53,688 nucleotides of DNA from an uncultured Methanomassiliicoccales archaeon. GTDB taxonomy: Archaea; Thermoplasmatota; Thermoplasmata; Methanomassiliicoccales; Methanomethylophilaceae. Every line of letters begins with the position of its first letter. Within the stretch, counting starts at the first letter, position 1. A model generated the notes under the pieces. That model was given only the letters and a program-made list of their open reading frames with translations, was not told the origin of the DNA and ran no database searches. This document shows, piece after piece, positions 1 to 11,141 of the stretch. Location: the NCBI GenBank assembly GCA_964445265.1, contig CAYUPU010000002.1:1-53688 (forward strand), read 5' to 3'. The position numbers were made by a program, and so were the translations under genes.

Positions 1-44
1 TCTGATGTTCGATCGTGATATCTATCGCATCAACTCACTGGTGA

Positions 45-869
45 CTTAACACATACATCTTAGACTTCGAGAAGTACTGGGGGCCTTCCGCGATATGTAA
101 AATCGAGAGAACGTATCGGTTCTCTGGAGAGCTCCTTAGGAAGAGTAGCGAGTTCATCTGCAGGAACAGCCGTCAATTCAGGAAGGATCTGGTCGGCATG
201 AGCGGTATGGACAGCAGGGTATTTTCCATATCCAAAGATGACGATGTCCAGACGCGTGAAGAGATAGGGCGGAGGCTTTCGTTCATCGGTAATGGGAAGC
301 GGGTCTTGTTCCTAGGGAGATACAATCATGATGTCAGGCTGCTGAGCGGTGACGGATTCGAATGGATACAGAACATCTCGGATGCCTCGAAGACTATAAT
401 CTACGGTCCACGTCCGGATCTGAATATGAGGTTCATGACGATACATTCATCCAAAGGCCTCCAGGCGGATGTGGTGTTCTCCATCAACAATAGGGCCGGG
501 AGGTACGGGTTCCCGAGCGTCAGGGAGGAGCCGATAGCGATCTCGATGCTCCTTGGCGGAGAGAACACGCAGGTCGACGAGGAGCGCAGGCTGTTCTATG
601 TCGCCATGACCAGAGCCAAGGAGGCTGTGTATATCGTCTCTCAAAACGGACGTCAGTCGGATTTCTTCAAGGAGATGTTCCCGAGGCGCGATGCGAACGG
701 CAAGAGGATTGATATGACCTGTCCGTTGTGCGGTGGGATCTTGATTCTGAAGACCAATCAGAATGGGCACAGGTTCTACGGATGCAGCAACTACCGTTCC
801 AAGGGATGTAAATTCACAAGGAACTGTGTCATCGTCGACAACCTTCCTGGAAGCGGGTCTCGTATCCGA
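45..869 (+). CDS. C-terminal part of a UvrD/HelD-like SF1 helicase with a C-terminal topoisomerase-type C4 zinc finger (5' part missing)
   Basis: Motifs TYRF (upstream of ATG 198, same frame), MTIHSSKGLQAD, EERRLFYVAMTRAK, then CPLCG..FYGCSNY..C. The frame is open from 45, with TGA at 42-44. First in-frame CGA is 867-869; standard-code end is TAG at 887. Confidence 0.8.
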
Positions 870-1012
870 TGCCGGTCTGGATCTTAGAGCGTATCTGCGA
901 TTGTCGGATCGCAGCGGTGCAGTCTTCGGATTCAGTGCGTGCAGCGTTCGTGCAGGGCGGAGCCATTATGCCGACTTCTTTTGTGGTTGGGGATTGTCGA
1001 ATACGATACTCG

Positions 1013-1030
1013 CCGTTCGAAACGGTTTTT
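1013..1030 (+). terminator. Small hairpin plus T5, possible terminator
   Basis: CCGTT-CGA-AACGG followed by TTTTT, downstream of the helicase. Confidence 0.3.
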
Positions 1031-1555
1031 GCTAGGTAAGCAGTGAGTTGATAAATCGGTCGTCACAAGCGAATCAGCACAATGTCTCCGCCCTTCCTGG
1101 ACGCCTCCATTCGGATGACCAAGGTCCGAGCATCTGTTCCGCCGCCGTCATCGGACGAGGTTCCATCTCCTCGGAAGCAGGAGAGCATCTGCAGGCGCAT
1201 CCGATGTCCGCGATCCCCTCAGCACGATAGCTCCGGTCTCGGTCGGATCGCGGTACGGATCACACGGATGGTTCAACGTCCCGAATCGTTCGAACGGCCA
1301 TCAACTCACTGCTTACATAGCAAGAAACGGTTTGTATCCGGGATCCATCGGATGCATCCAACGGATTCAGGGTATTCTCGAACGGACGTTCTTCTGCCTC
1401 CGCCCGATACGGGCGAATCTTCAGATTGCACACGACCGGAGCACGAACTCCGTATATGAGGTGCGATGTTCTATCGACCGTCACAGTAATATATTACGTG
1501 ACGATGCTTTAGTTCTGCGACCACTTGCGTGGCATGAGTACAGACTGTGATAACT

Positions 1556-4500
1556 ATGGAGAGACCACATGCGGTAGTCCTCACATCCGCTCTGGCAGTG
1601 ATTGTTCTTCTCGCCTCCTGTCTCCTCATCATCGGAGGGGGGGGGGGGGAAACGAGAACGATGGTGCTGTGGAGGAGGGCGAGCTCGAAAAGAACGGCGT
1701 CGCCCATATGGAGTTGAAGAACGGAACACTAACTCTAACAGGCATTCAAGGAATGACAATGAACCTTGCGAATGTCAGCTTTTGGCTTCTAGAGTATTCT
1801 ATGGGAGGAGGGGAGATTGGAGGTGGTGTAACCAAGATCGTTGTAGAGAATGCATCGGAAGTGGTGACACTCAACAGCGGAAAGCAGTACCAGTTCGCGT
1901 TTGAGAATTTCACTAAACTGCAAACGGTCGAACTGGAACAGTCGGTGAAGAGCATCGGCGAAGGCGTCTTCAAGAATGTCAAGACTCTGGAGACGATAAA
2001 TCTCCACTATGTCGAGACCATAGGTAAGGAGGCGTTCAGTGGATGCACGGGACTGAGTTCCGCAGATCTCGCACATGCGACTAAGTTGGGATACGGCGCA
2101 TTCAAGAACTGCACATCTCTAACGTCGGCAGATGTTCTGGCTTTAACTTCAGAAGCATCGTTCGAGTACAGGCCTTTCGACGGATGTTCGAAGCTAAATA
2201 CGGTAAATGTAACCGTATCGTTAGATACCGGACTAATAAAGCCGTTGTTCGGCGGTACGCCTCTGGAAAACTCCGAGGCGTGCAAACAGGTATCAGATCG
2301 TAGGGAACTGATTCCCAGGTTGCAGGATGCGGTAAACAATGATTACGGTATCAATACAGAGATCGTTGTGCTGAGAGATTTAGACCTTCGGAATACCGGC
2401 GTCAATATAGGAAAATCGATAGTGCTATTCCTCAATAACAGGAGATTGACCGCTGATGAAGGGCCTGCGATCACGATAGATGCAGATAGGGTCAGTTTGT
2501 ACGGAGCAGACACGAGAGCACAGATGTTCGACGATGGCGGCACGATCGAAGTCAAATCCGGCAATGCGGTGCTGGTCAAAAGCGGGAACCTCAGAATATT
2601 TGGAGGAACCTACTCCTCGTCCTCGGGCCAAGCGATCGGAACGGCTTTCACCGATGCAGGGCCGGCGACGATTATACAGATAGTAGGCGGGATCTTCACG
2701 GAAGGCAACGGCATCTCCAGAATCGGCAAGATCGATACGGCTTCCGGAACATCCGGGAGAATTATGAAGACGGCGGGTGTGTCTTTGGATCCCCCCGACC
2801 AGTACTACAAATGGAAGGATAACGGAAACGGATACCAGGTGCTGACCAGACAGACCTGGGTGGAGTTCTCCGTCGGAGAGGGTGTCGACTTCACCAAGGG
2901 TGCGGGACTCGACAGCCTCGCACTGGATTCCAGCGGCCGCGGCAGCATCGCGGTCGAGAACGGCACGACCATCGGGTTCTCCGCCATAGCGAAGGACGGA
3001 TACCGGAAGCTCAAGGTGGAATCGGGAATTCCTGCTACGGAGAGCGGAAATGTCTATTCCATAGATGTGGGCACGGCCGAGTCGATCAGTGTCGATATCG
3101 GTGCGACGAGGATGTACACAGTGACGTTCTCCAACAGCAGTGACGTGAAATTCTACAAAGGCACCCTGCCCGGTACCGAATATGAGTGGAATGAGGATGC
3201 GAATATAGCCTATGTCGTTCCGGGAGGATCGCTGAAATTCATGACAGAAGCTCCGAACGGGAGGATCGTCGTAGACTCGCCGTACAGCAGTATAAATGGG
3301 GATCACGGGTCCGAGTACGAAACGACCGTAACCATCGGATCCGATGGCGAAGTGAAGATAAAAGGAGAGTATCGTGTCGAACTATCACTGGTCGAAAACG
3401 GATCCGTGACATCGAACAAGGACTGGTATGCCTACGGGGAGATTGTGCAATTGAGATTCTATCCCGATACCGGATACAAGCTCGAAGAATGGAGTTGGCG
3501 TAGCCAAGATGGACAGAATTATGAGACCATAACAACGGGCAGACCGATGACATCTATGACTGCAGGAGGCATGACCGTCGAGGTGTCATTTGTCAAAGAG
3601 GTTTACTCGATTTTAAAGTCAAATCCAGAAGGTGCCACCTTGGAAGTCCAAGAAACCGCTCATTACGGGGATGTTGTGCGGGTTGTGGGCAGTTGCGAAG
3701 AAGGATACACCATGATTGGCGTCAGAGTCTTCGGTTCTTCAGAGCCAGTGGATGTCGGTGAAGGTCAAAACGGGTACGAATTCGTTATGCCTGCGGAGGA
3801 TGTCACACTGACCGCAGTGACGGCAAGGTTGCACACGGTGACCTTCGTTTGTCCGGCCGATGCCCAGATCACGTTGGGAGGAGGACTCAGTCTGACGGAT
3901 GAGGGGACGGTAACGGTGGAGGAGAGCACCATGATACAGTTCATCACTGCCACGAAGTCCAAGACAGGACGCACGGTACTGAAGTCGTCGGAATATGGCA
4001 TCGATCAAACGACCGACGGGCCAGAATATAGAATGTCCCTGGTGGTCGACTCGGATGGGACCGTCTCCGTGAAGACACAGTACAAGGTTACCCTCCAAAC
4101 CGTACCGCATGGAAAGATCACGGCCGACAAGGTGTGGTACGACAATGGAGAACAGGTCGTGCTGACTCTCGAGCCCGATGAAGGCTACAGAGCAGTCCAA
4201 TACAGTTGGGAGAGAAATGGAACAACTGTCGGAGTCGCAGGATTCGATGGGAGCAGACCCGCAAGAATAACAATGAATGGCGCAGACATAGACGTCAGTG
4301 CGTCATTCCTATCTAGAACCTACAACATATCCGCGTCTCATCCGGACAGCGGAGGGACGGTAGTTGTTCCGTCAAGTGCGGAGTACGGTACTAAAGTGGA
4401 GTTCACGGCAACTCCGGACAAGGGATACGAAGCGAGAGTCGTCATCGAGGATGTCTACGTGCAGCCGGATCCGGCGGATCCGACGAAGTACACATTTCGG

Positions 4501-7044
4501 ATGCCCGCCCATGATGTGGGAGTGAAGATAGACTTCGAGGCAAAAAGGTACGCCATCACGATAGAGGAGGCCGAGCATACCCGCGTGGTGTCTACTCTTG
4601 TAGATTCCGCCCGGTACAAAGATATCCTGAGGTTCAAGGTAGAAACCGATGACGGCTACTCCGAGCATCTGGAGGTCTATTTCGACGGGAAGCAGGTGAG
4701 TCCCGATTCCTCGGGCGCATACTCGGTGACCATGCCGTACAACGACGTCGTCCTCAGGACGGAGACTTCGGTGAGCGTCTACACCGTGAACTTCACAATA
4801 GGGGAGCACACCAGATTGAGGTTCGACGGCGACTCGGAGGATCGCACCGAATCGTTCCATAGGGAGTATACACACGGCGAGACCTTAGCGTTCAGATGCT
4901 CCACCGATACGGGATACGACAGGGCCTTCAAGCTCATAATCGGCGGTACGGCCGTGTCATCCAGGGAGTACAGCGAGCCTGTGCGCAGCAGCATGGATCT
5001 GATCCTGAGCACAGAGGTCAACAAGTACATTATCACATGGGTGGATGAGAACGGAACGGAGCTCTATCGGGACGAGGCGGCGCCCTATGGTATGGATCCG
5101 GATTACAAAGGGTCGAGACCGACGAAGGCGGAGGATGAAGCCAGGACATATACTTGGATTGGGTGGAACCCGAAGGTGGAACCCGTTGTTGAGGATAGGG
5201 TCTACACGGCGAATTACGAAGGAAATCTGAAGGATTACACCGTGACATGGCGGGATTGGAATGGTGATGTGCTGGAAAGCAGGACTGTCAAGTACGGGGA
5301 GTTCCCGGAGCGGGCGAACCTCGAACGGGATCCCGATGAGATGTATGAATACGAGTTCAAAGGGTGGAGCCCGTCACCTTCGAAGGTGACAGGCAATGTC
5401 ACCTACGATCCGGTGTACAAGCAGACCGATAGGCTGTACACCGTGATCTGGAAGGACCACGATCAGAAAGAGCTCAAGAGGGAACAGTTGAAGTTCGGTG
5501 ATACGCCGGATTACGGCGACGGTCCTGAAAGGGCCCCCGATAAGGAGCATGTCTATTCGTTCGATCATTGGCAACCTACCGTCACCGATGTGAGGAACGA
5601 CGCCGAGTACCAGGCGGTATACAAAGCTAAGGACAGAGAATACAAGATTGTATTCAACAAGCTGGATGGCGCAGAATTCGTCCGCCCTGCTGGATTCAGC
5701 TTCTCTGAGAAGTACCACAGCAGAGTGGAGTTTGCCATAGTTCCGACGACGACTCACATCGAGGTCCTCGATGTCATGATCGGTTGGGAAAGTGGATCCA
5801 GGCCCCTTTATCCGGATGACTCAGGGATATATTCGTTCGAGGTAGAGGGCGACACGGTGGTATCTGCTACGACCAGTCCGGATGAGCATATGGTATTCAT
5901 CATCGGAGAGGGCATCACGGTAATGAACGGCGATATCGAGGTGGTGGAAGGAGGAAGGGTCAGACACGGGGATGTCCTTATAGTGACGATCGCCTCGAAG
6001 GCGGGGCATGATGCGGAGGTGACCTCCGATGTCGGCACGATAGGTTCCGACGGGACTTACTCGGTAGAGACGGATGTAACCTTCACGGGCAAGTACACGC
6101 CCGTTATCTATGCCGTGAAGTGGCTCGCGGACGACGGCTCCATCATCAGAACGGATCCCGTGGCATACGGGGTGCTTCCGGCTGCACCGGAGTCTCCGAT
6201 CAAGGAGTCCGATGAATCGGCCACGTACGAATTCGCAGGATGGTCGCCGTCCGTGACGGCCGTCACAGGCGATGCGACATACACCGCGACATATAACAAG
6301 ATACCGAAGAAGTACACCATCCGCTGGCTGAATGACGACGGCATCCTTCTGTACAGTTCCAGTGTCGAGTACGGCGTAGTCCCCGGATTCGTGGGCGAAG
6401 ATCCGCAGAAGGTGCAGGATGCACGGTACAGGTACGAGTGGAGGGGATGGACCCCGGAGGTCGTCCCGGTGACTGGGGACGAGACCTATACCGCGGACTA
6501 CCAAGCTGTCGAGAGGACCTACGCAGTCAGATGGACGGATTGGGACGGCAGCGTTCTGCTGTCAGACGATTACCCCTACGGCACCACGCCCGTGTACCGG
6601 GGCCCGGCTCCGGAAAGGGGCGGCCACACCTTCGCAGGGTGGTCGCCGTCCGTTACGGCTGTCACAGGGGACGCGGTCTACACCGCGACGTACTCCGCCT
6701 CGGGGCAGAGCTGCACCGTTACGATAAGGGGCGAGGGCGTGGTCGTGATGGACGGGCCGACGCGGATCGTCGACGGGGGCGCCGTTCCTGCCGGGACTGT
6801 CCTCACCGTGACGATGGAGCAGAGGGACGGCCTCGCCGCGGTCCTGACCGCATCCGTCGGGGCGGTGGCGTCCGACGGATCGTACACAGTCTCGGAGGAC
6901 GTGTCCTTCACCGGATCGTACACGCGGTCAGCCGTCGCGGGCGGCGATGACGACGGCGGGTTCCCGTGGTGGATCCTGATCGTGCTGGCCATCATCATCG
7001 CATGCCTGGTGTACAGGCACCACAGGGACAGCGGCCGCGACTGA
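1556..7044 (+). CDS. Large adhesin-like surface protein (BspA-type LRRs, Ig-like/Listeria-Bacteroides-type repeats, C-terminal TM anchor); signal peptide frameshifted at a G13 tract
   Basis: ATG 1556 gives the signal-like MERPHAVVLTSALAVIVLLASCLLIIGGG in a different frame from the long ORF (1525..7044). LRR motifs SIGEGVFKN, TIGKEAFSGC, KLGYGAFKNC; repeats YxFxGWxP.V..VTGD..Y.A.Y; anchor FPWWILIVLAIIIACLVYRHHR. Confidence 0.85.
1637..1649 (+). repeat. G13 homopolymer tract (candidate phase-variation site)
   Basis: 13 consecutive G directly after the hydrophobic signal segment. G11 or G14 would join it to the long ORF. Confidence 0.85.
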
Positions 7045-7140
7045 TCTCACACCCCCTCCGGAAGGGGGCGCAAACGCATCACGGGCCGGCGGGGCCATCC
7101 CCGCGGCCCGGCCACATCCGCCCGGTCCGGCGTCCATCCG

Positions 7141-7150
7141 CTTTTATAGC
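7141..7150 (+). promoter_or_regulatory. Archaeal TATA box of the cob operon (probably a leaderless transcript)
   Basis: CTTTTATAGC about 25 nt before ATG 7171, in GC-rich context. Confidence 0.6.
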
Positions 7151-7170
7151 TCCACCTCGTAGCAGCCAGC

Positions 7171-8280
7171 ATGAAGGGTCGCATCGCGCCCAGGGCCGAG
7201 ATATCGGGCCTACCCAGGACCGTCCACGGAGGGCAGGGATGGAGGTTCGAAGGAGTGGAGGACTACAGCCACAACCTCAACCCGTTCGGTCCGCCGGACG
7301 GCCTGGAGGCGGTCGTCTCCGAGGCCCTCGGGAGCGTCGGCCACTATCCCGACGACTCCTGCGCCGCCTTGAAGGAAGCGGTCTCCTCGGCGTACGATGT
7401 GGGCGAGGACGAGATCGTCGTAGGCGCCGGCTCCTCCGATATCATCAGGTGCGTCCCGAACACGTTCTTCGAGAAGGGCGACCGCGTGGTCATACCGTCC
7501 CCGAGCTTCGCCGAGTACTCGCAGCAGTGCAGGATCGTCGGCGCCCGCATAGACCCGTTCGAGCTCCTGCCAGAGGAGGACTTCCGCATAGATGCGGACC
7601 GCCTGCTGGAGAGGGCCGAGGGGGCCAGGGCCGTCTACATATGCAACCCGAACAATCCCACCGGTAGGATAGAGCCCAAGGACAAGCTCCTCCGCATCGT
7701 GCGCGAATGCGAGGACATGGGCGTCCTGGTCTTCCTGGACGAGACCCTCCTGGAGCTGGTTCCCGGCTTCGTGGACAACACCCTGTCCGGCCATGTCCGC
7801 AGGTTCAACAATCTCATCGTGGCGTCGTCCCTCACGAAGTCGTTCGCCATCCCCGGGATACGCATAGGATTCGGATTCGCGAATCCGGACCTGGCCGACG
7901 CCATGAACGGCGTGCGCATGACATGGAACGTAGGGGCCATCGAGCAGGCTGTCGGAACGGCGCTGCTCAGGGACTTCAGGTCCCATGTGGACCGTGCCGC
8001 ATCCATCATGGCCGTGGAGTCCGAGGTGATGAACGCCGCCCTGAAGGAGATAGGGTTCCCCGCGGGGGACGTCTCCGACTCGTTCTTCTACTTCACATCC
8101 GTGGAGCCGCTCGGCATGGATGCCGGCGAGTTCAAGGCCAGGATGGAGAAGAGGGGCGTATCCGTGAGGGACTGCTCGTCCTTCGGGCCGGCCTGGTCGT
8201 CGTACGTGAGGTACAGCGTGAAGGACAAGGAGCGCAACTGCAGGTTCGTGGCCGCGGTCGATTCCGTCATCAACGGGTGA
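7171..8280 (+). CDS. cobD: L-threonine-O-3-phosphate decarboxylase (class I/II PLP aminotransferase fold)
   Basis: DYSHNLNPFG, CNPNNPTG, SLTKSFAIPGIRIG; first gene of the cobamide cluster. Confidence 0.85.
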   Translation: MKGRIAPRAEISGLPRTVHGGQGWRFEGVEDYSHNLNPFGPPDGLEAVVSEALGSVGHYPDDSCAALKEAVSSAYDVGEDEIVVGAGSSDIIRCVPNTFFEKGDRVVIPSPSFAEYSQQCRIVGARIDPFELLPEEDFRIDADRLLERAEGARAVYICNPNNPTGRIEPKDKLLRIVRECEDMGVLVFLDETLLELVPGFVDNTLSGHVRRFNNLIVASSLTKSFAIPGIRIGFGFANPDLADAMNGVRMTWNVGAIEQAVGTALLRDFRSHVDRAASIMAVESEVMNAALKEIGFPAGDVSDSFFYFTSVEPLGMDAGEFKARMEKRGVSVRDCSSFGPAWSSYVRYSVKDKERNCRFVAAVDSVING

Positions 8281-8287
8281 TTATCCC

Positions 8288-9304
8288 ATGGACCTGTGGG
8301 CCGATGCGGTTCTGGCGGTCGTTCTGGCGGTCCTCATCGACCGCTTCGTGGGCGAGCCCCCCAACAGGATCCACCCCCTGAGGTGGATGGGGAACATGCT
8401 CGACGCCATAGACCGGAGGATATCCGACCGCTCCAGCAGGATGAACGTCCTGTGGGGGCTCCTGTCGTACCTGCTGGTCTTCGCGGTGTTCTGCGGGATC
8501 GCCCTGTGCATGACATCCCTGATGAGGATCGGGGTCTCCGGATACAGCGCGGCCCTGGGCGAGGCGCTGTGGATCGCGGCGACCGCATGGCTGTTCAAGA
8601 TGACCTTCGCGGTCTTCTCGTTCAGGAGGCACTGCCGTCCGATATGCGAGGACCTCGAGGCGGGGGACATAGAAGGGGCCGATGCCAAGGTGCAGATGAT
8701 CGTCAGCAGGGACACCAGGGGGATGGACGCCGAGCACGTGGCATCCTCGTGCTGCGAGACCGTGTCCGAGAACCTTGTGGACAGCGTCTATTCGCCCGCG
8801 CTCTACTTCGGGATCCTGGGCCTTCCGGGGGCGTTCATGTTCAGGTGCTGCAACCTGATGGACGCCATGTGGGGATACCTCGATGACAGGTACTCCCTCC
8901 TGGGGAGGTTCCCCGCGAGGTTCGACGATGTCCTGGGGTTCATCACGTCGAGGATCTCCCCGTACTTCATCGCCCTGGCGGGCCTCCTGCTCGGAATGGA
9001 CTGGAGGGCGGCCGTTCCGGCCGCGAGGGCCGAGCACGCCAAGACCCCCAGCCCCAACAGCGGGTGGTCCATGACGGCCGCAGCCGCCGTCCTGGGGATA
9101 AGCATGGAGAAGCGCGGGGTCTACGTCATGGGGAGCGGACCGCTCCCCTCGGCGGACGATGTGGGGAGGTGCTGCAGGCTCATAGAGGTCGCCTCCGTCC
9201 TGTTCATCCTCACGGTCTGCCTGATCCTGTTCGTCTCAATCGGCGTCCATGTCCAGGTCCTCCTGGAGGACGCCATCTTCGGATTCTGGGGGTCGATTCT
9301 CTGA
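8288..9304 (+). CDS. cbiB: Adenosylcobinamide-phosphate synthase
   Basis: GEPPNRIHPLRWMG, IVSRDT, ETVSENLVD, NLMDAMWGY, TPSPNSGW; membrane protein. Confidence 0.92.
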   Translation: MDLWADAVLAVVLAVLIDRFVGEPPNRIHPLRWMGNMLDAIDRRISDRSSRMNVLWGLLSYLLVFAVFCGIALCMTSLMRIGVSGYSAALGEALWIAATAWLFKMTFAVFSFRRHCRPICEDLEAGDIEGADAKVQMIVSRDTRGMDAEHVASSCCETVSENLVDSVYSPALYFGILGLPGAFMFRCCNLMDAMWGYLDDRYSLLGRFPARFDDVLGFITSRISPYFIALAGLLLGMDWRAAVPAARAEHAKTPSPNSGWSMTAAAAVLGISMEKRGVYVMGSGPLPSADDVGRCCRLIEVASVLFILTVCLILFVSIGVHVQVLLEDAIFGFWGSIL

Positions 9305-10308
9305 GTCTCATAAGCTCTCACGGTGTGTACGAGGTCGACGGCATGCCCGTCGGCGTGGCGGAGTTCGCGGAGCCCATGGAGGTCCTGAGCTGCGCCGTCA
9401 TGAACGGCGGTGTCTCCACCGCTTCATGCGCTTTCATAATGCAGGTCCCCAAGGACTACTGCTGCGACGATCCGGACAAGGATGCGATCAGGGTCAGGGA
9501 CGCCCTGGGCCTGCCGTCCGATGCCCTGGGGATGATGACCGCCGCGGAGGTGGACTACGTCTTCAACGTGAGGTCGTGCACGTTCAACGGGGCCGAGGCG
9601 TCCGTGTTCGCCACCGCGGGGCTGAGCAACCACGTGGTCGCCGGCGAGGAGATCCGCGACTACGGCGGGCGGTCGCTCGTGTCTCTGAGGAGGGCGCGCG
9701 AGATGAGGGCCGGCACGATCAACATAGGCGTGGTCTCATCCGTTCCGATGACCATGGAGGGGAGGGTGAACCTCATGATCCCTCTGGTGGAGGCCAAGTG
9801 CGCCGCGATGGCGGAGCACGGGTTCCGCGAGACCGGCACGACGTCGGATGCGATGGCCGTGTTCTCGCCGATCGGGAGCGATCCGGTGTCATGGACGGGC
9901 ACGGGCTCGGACATAGGCATAGCCGCCGCCAGGGCGGTGTCCGCCGCCGTGGGGCACGCGCTGGACGTCCGCAACGAGCATCCGATACCGATAGGGCTGG
10001 ACGGCATCATGGAGAGGATGGGCCTCGGTCCGGAGGATCTTCGCAGGATGTCTGGGACGGGCATCCCTGCGGACGGCTTCCGCGATGCCCTCAGGGGGAT
10101 CGCGGAGCGTCCGGACGTAGCGGCCGTCCTGGATGCGGCATGGTTCATAGCCGATCGCGCCGATTCCCTGTCGGACGACGGAGGTCCGGAGCTGTCCGAC
10201 GCCATCGTGGACGGCATGGCCCGCATGGTCGGCGGGAGCCCGGTATCCGACGGATGCCTCATGGACCGCGTCATGGGGACGATCGCCAGAAGGGCGGGTG
10301 GTCTCCGA
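9301..10308 (+). CDS. cbiZ: Adenosylcobinamide amidohydrolase
   Basis: GMMTAA, ATAGLSN, GTINI, TGTTSDA motifs. Start uncertain (CTG 9301, GTG 9325 or ATG 9343). CGA 10306-10308 overlaps the cobS ATG; standard-code end is 10368. Confidence 0.85.
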
Positions 10309-11141
10309 TGGCGGGCAGCGCTATCCGCGCGATGGTGTCGTTCTTCACGGTATGGCCCACAGACATGACGCAGGAGGACCTGGACGCCATGGACTCCCGG
10401 TTCCATCTGGCTCCCGTGGTGGGAGCCATGATCGGCATCGCGGTGGCGGCCCTGGTCGCACTGCTCCTGATCCTGCAGGTCAACGGTATCATCGGATCGG
10501 GGATGTTCTCCGCGGCCGTGATCCTCCTGGCCGTTTATGCCGGGAGCAGGTTCCTGCATTTCGACGGTCTAGTCGATTTCGGCGACGGGTCGGTCGTGGC
10601 GGGTCCGCAGGAGAAGCACGTCAGGGCCCTGAAGGACACGCTCATAGGCGCCGGCGGGCTGGGGGTGGCGCTGACAGTGACCCTTCTCAGCTTCTCCGAG
10701 TACGCCATGGCGGGGACCGCTCTGGTGATCCTCGCCCCCGTGGCGGAGGTCATGGTCAAGAACTCGCAGGTGGCGGCCGCCGCGTACGGCGATCCCAGCA
10801 ACGGGATGGCGGGCAGGCAGGTGTCGGAGACCACCATGCGCTCCCTCGCGGCATCGTCCGCCATATCCCTGGTCCTGGGGATGGCGGTCTGCCTGCTGGG
10901 GATGCTCCTGTTCGAAGCCGTCATGTCATCGCACGGGAGTCCGGTCTCGGGCGGTCTGGTGGCGGTTCTGCTCTGTCCCGCGGCCGGCGTCCTCGTCAGC
11001 ATACTCGTCGGGCGCGCCGTCGCCCGCAGGGCCAACAGGGTGTTCGGATTCGTCAACGGGGACGTCCTCGGAGCGGCACATGAGATCTGCAGGGCCACAT
11101 GCATGGCGGTCCTGATCGCGGTGTACTGCCTGGTGGTGTGA
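10308..11141 (+). CDS. cobS: Adenosylcobinamide-GDP ribazoletransferase (cobalamin synthase)
   Basis: LHFDGLVDFGDG, ALKDTLIGAGG, FGFVNGDVLGA; hydrophobic; ATG 10308. Confidence 0.92.
   Translation: MAGSAIRAMVSFFTVWPTDMTQEDLDAMDSRFHLAPVVGAMIGIAVAALVALLLILQVNGIIGSGMFSAAVILLAVYAGSRFLHFDGLVDFGDGSVVAGPQEKHVRALKDTLIGAGGLGVALTVTLLSFSEYAMAGTALVILAPVAEVMVKNSQVAAAAYGDPSNGMAGRQVSETTMRSLAASSAISLVLGMAVCLLGMLLFEAVMSSHGSPVSGGLVAVLLCPAAGVLVSILVGRAVARRANRVFGFVNGDVLGAAHEICRATCMAVLIAVYCLVV

Noticed and set aside
888-1500. Short ORFs (e.g. 1082..1459) between the helicase and the adhesin
   Set aside because: No motifs and atypical composition; I cannot support a gene or RNA here.
1525-1650. N-terminus of the 1839-aa ORF as given in the track
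   Set aside because: Not signal-like; the plausible signal peptide starts at ATG 1556 in another frame.
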